Assembly: GCA_965204805.1 (NCBI GenBank) | Contig: OZ242013.1 | Span: 2,541,232 to 2,605,231 of the forward strand | DNA: 64,000 bases | Direction of reading: 5' to 3' | DNA from: Dehalococcoidia bacterium | GTDB taxonomy: Bacteria > Chloroflexota > Dehalococcoidia > Lucifugimonadales > UBA3495 | Part shown: positions 62,302 to 64,000 of the stretch, in pieces | How the letters are laid out: each line of letters begins with the position of its first letter | Numbering within the stretch: the first letter of the stretch is position 1 | Made by a program: the position numbers and the translations under genes | The notes under the pieces: model-generated | Told to the model about the DNA's origin: nothing | Databases searched by the model: none | Seen by the model: the letters and a program-made list of their open reading frames with translations, nothing else

Positions 62302-62844
62302 TTGGAAAAACTGTCCGGCCTGCAAGTCCTGGTCTCCGTGGATGAGCCTTACGAAGGCGAAATCAGCTCCGCATGGCTGGAAGACGCGGCGCGGGCAGGG
62401 CTGGCCGCAGCGGGGATTGTGGATGAAGCCGAGGTCAGCCTGCTCATCACCGGCGACGAAACAGTACGCGCCCTGAATGCGGAGTACCGGGGACTGGACG
62501 AGACCACCGACGTGCTGTCGTTCTCCACCGAACATCCGGGGCATTGGGAAGGCGAAGGGGACGGCCCGCCGGATTCCCGCTTTCGCGGGAATAACGAGAA
62601 AGATGACGACTTCGTCCTGCCGCCGGGTTTGCCTCAACCGCTGGGAGAAATCATCGTTTCGTGGCCGCAGGCGCAGCGGCAGGCCGGCGAGCATGGAGTG
62701 AGCTCCTTACAGGAACTGGCTCACTTGGTGGTTCACGGCGCTCTGCACCTGGTGGGCTATGACCATGTGGAGCCTGAAGAAGCCGCGCTGATGCAGGCGC
62801 GGGAAAGGGAAGCGCTAACCGCCCTCGAACTGGCCCTCTCATAA
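62302..62844 (+). CDS. ybeY: rRNA maturation RNase YbeY, with an enlarged internal loop
   Basis: TDVLSF ... LGEIIVS ... HLVVHGALHLVGYDH motifs. TTG start. Confidence 0.85.
   Translation: MEKLSGLQVLVSVDEPYEGEISSAWLEDAARAGLAAAGIVDEAEVSLLITGDETVRALNAEYRGLDETTDVLSFSTEHPGHWEGEGDGPPDSRFRGNNEKDDDFVLPPGLPQPLGEIIVSWPQAQRQAGEHGVSSLQELAHLVVHGALHLVGYDHVEPEEAALMQAREREALTALELALS
62571..62598. repeat. G-hairpin repeat inside ybeY
   Basis: GGATTCCCGC-TTTC-GCGGGAATAACGAG, translated in frame as DSRFRGNNE. Confidence 0.7.
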
Positions 62845-62877
62845 TAGGGCAAAGGGAATGACGGAGTCGCCGCTGCC

Positions 62878-64000
62878 ATGACGTCGCAGGTCTACTACCG
62901 CAAGTGGCGTCCCTCCAGCTTCAACGAGCTGGCCGGGCAGGAGCATGTGTCCACTACCCTGCGCCAGTCGGTGCGGCTGGGGCGGATTTCCCATTCCTAC
63001 CTGTTCTGCGGGCCGCGCGGCTGCGGTAAGACCACCACTGCCCGCATCATCGCCAAGGCGGCCAACTGCCTAGACCTTCAGGACGGCGACCCCTGCAACG
63101 CCTGCGCCGTCTGCCAGGCCATCAACGAAGGCCGCTTCATGGACATCATCGAACTGGACGCGGCCAGCAACCGGGGCATCGACGAGATACGCGACATCCG
63201 CGACAAGGTGAACTTCGCGCCGGTGCAGGGCCGCCGCAAGGTCTACATCATAGACGAAGCCCATATGCTCACTGACGCCGCTTCCAACGCCTTCCTGAAA
63301 ACGCTGGAAGAGCCGCCGGAACACGTCATCTTCGTTCTCTGCACCACCGAGGCCCATCGCATCCTGCCCACCATCATCTCCCGCTGCCAGCGGCTGGACT
63401 TCCGGCGCATCCCGTCTGAAACGGTGTTCGGACGGCTGTCGGAAATCGCCGACGCCGAGGGAGTGGCCGTGGAGCCGGAGGCGCTGCGTATCATCGCCCG
63501 TTACGCTTCCGGCAGCCTGCGCGACGCCGAGAACCTGCTGGAGCAGCTTGTAGTTTCCTGCCCCGATGGCGTGACCGCGCCGCAGGTGGAGCAGCTCCTC
63601 GGCATGGGCAGTGACGAAACGGCCCTGGAACTGGTCAAGTACCTGCTGCTGGGCAACACCACGGCCTCGCTCTCCGCCGTGAACCGGGCGGCGTGGGAGG
63701 GCAGCGACCTGCGGCAGTTGCACCGTCAGACCTCCGACCTGCTGCGCGGGTTCATGCACCTGCAATGGGGATCCGAGGACGCCGTGGACCTGCCGGAACA
63801 TGTGCGGGCGCAGTTGAAGGAACTGGTGGGCCAGCAACCGCCCTGGCGAATCGTCCACGCCCTGAAGGTGTGGGGCGTGGTCAATATGCGCTACGATGCG
63901 CCCTCCACGCTGCCGCTGGAGCTGGCGGTGGTGGAGATTTGCGAGGAAGCGGCGGCGCCGGCCCCTCCAGCGGAAGCGCCGCCGCCTTCACCCCAGCCCT
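62878..64000 (+). CDS. dnaX: DNA polymerase III subunit gamma/tau (3' end outside window)
   Basis: MTSQVYYRKWRPSSFNELAGQEHV...YLFCGPRGCGKTTTARI...KVYIIDEAHML. The frame is open to the window end. Confidence 0.9.
   Translation, partial: MTSQVYYRKWRPSSFNELAGQEHVSTTLRQSVRLGRISHSYLFCGPRGCGKTTTARIIAKAANCLDLQDGDPCNACAVCQAINEGRFMDIIELDAASNRGIDEIRDIRDKVNFAPVQGRRKVYIIDEAHMLTDAASNAFLKTLEEPPEHVIFVLCTTEAHRILPTIISRCQRLDFRRIPSETVFGRLSEIADAEGVAVEPEALRIIARYASGSLRDAENLLEQLVVSCPDGVTAPQVEQLLGMGSDETALELVKYLLLGNTTASLSAVNRAAWEGSDLRQLHRQTSDLLRGFMHLQWGSEDAVDLPEHVRAQLKELVGQQPPWRIVHALKVWGVVNMRYDAPSTLPLELAVVEICEEAAAPAPPAEAPPPSPQP

Noticed and set aside
1-64000. rRNA genes, prophage, integron or conjugative modules.
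   Set aside because: No rRNA-like sequence, phage structural or integrase genes, attC/intI or transfer genes were seen anywhere in the window.

Overview
This is a high-GC bacterial chromosomal segment, visibly above 60% GC in core genes. It is dense in redox and catabolic genes: four luciferase-like (LLM) flavin/F420 oxidoreductases, two Zn alcohol dehydrogenases, an SDR, an enoyl-CoA hydratase, a CoA-transferase pair, an FMN alpha-hydroxyacid dehydrogenase and a sarcosine-oxidase-like flavoprotein. It also carries a 5-gene peptide-type ABC importer and the housekeeping genes tldD/pmbA, argC, nth, ybeY, dnaX and tRNA-Glu. The LLM paralog load, a PAC2 gene and the repeat content suggest a Chloroflexota (SAR202-like) origin, but that is inference only.

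Short, visibly AT-richer accessory islets are embedded in this core:
- a nuclease-methyltransferase fusion, a decayed DUF3800 gene and an IS5-family element (6.1-10.9 kb)
- a compact type II R-M module (13.2-15.2 kb)
- four toxin-antitoxin modules, two of them decayed
- two large surface proteins
- a two-module metalloprotease-like lipoprotein
- a NYN-domain gene

Observations most worth follow-up:
1. An in-frame UGA with a SECIS-like hairpin predicts a UGSC-motif selenoprotein. It sits in an operon-like block with an uncharacterised 343-aa protein, two LLM oxidoreductases and tandem MFS transporters.
2. A ~95-105 bp palindromic intergenic repeat family has 9-nt phased GATT submotifs (4 copies).
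3. Two accessory cassettes are each flanked by a duplicated 3' end of the upstream core gene, and the duplicates differ almost only at synonymous sites.
4. Two orphan near-consensus promoters drive short structured non-coding regions.
5. Small GC-rich hairpin repeats are inserted in frame into coding genes.

All family assignments come from motif recognition by eye. No database search, folding or statistics were run. Several frameshifts coincide with homopolymer runs and need read-level confirmation.
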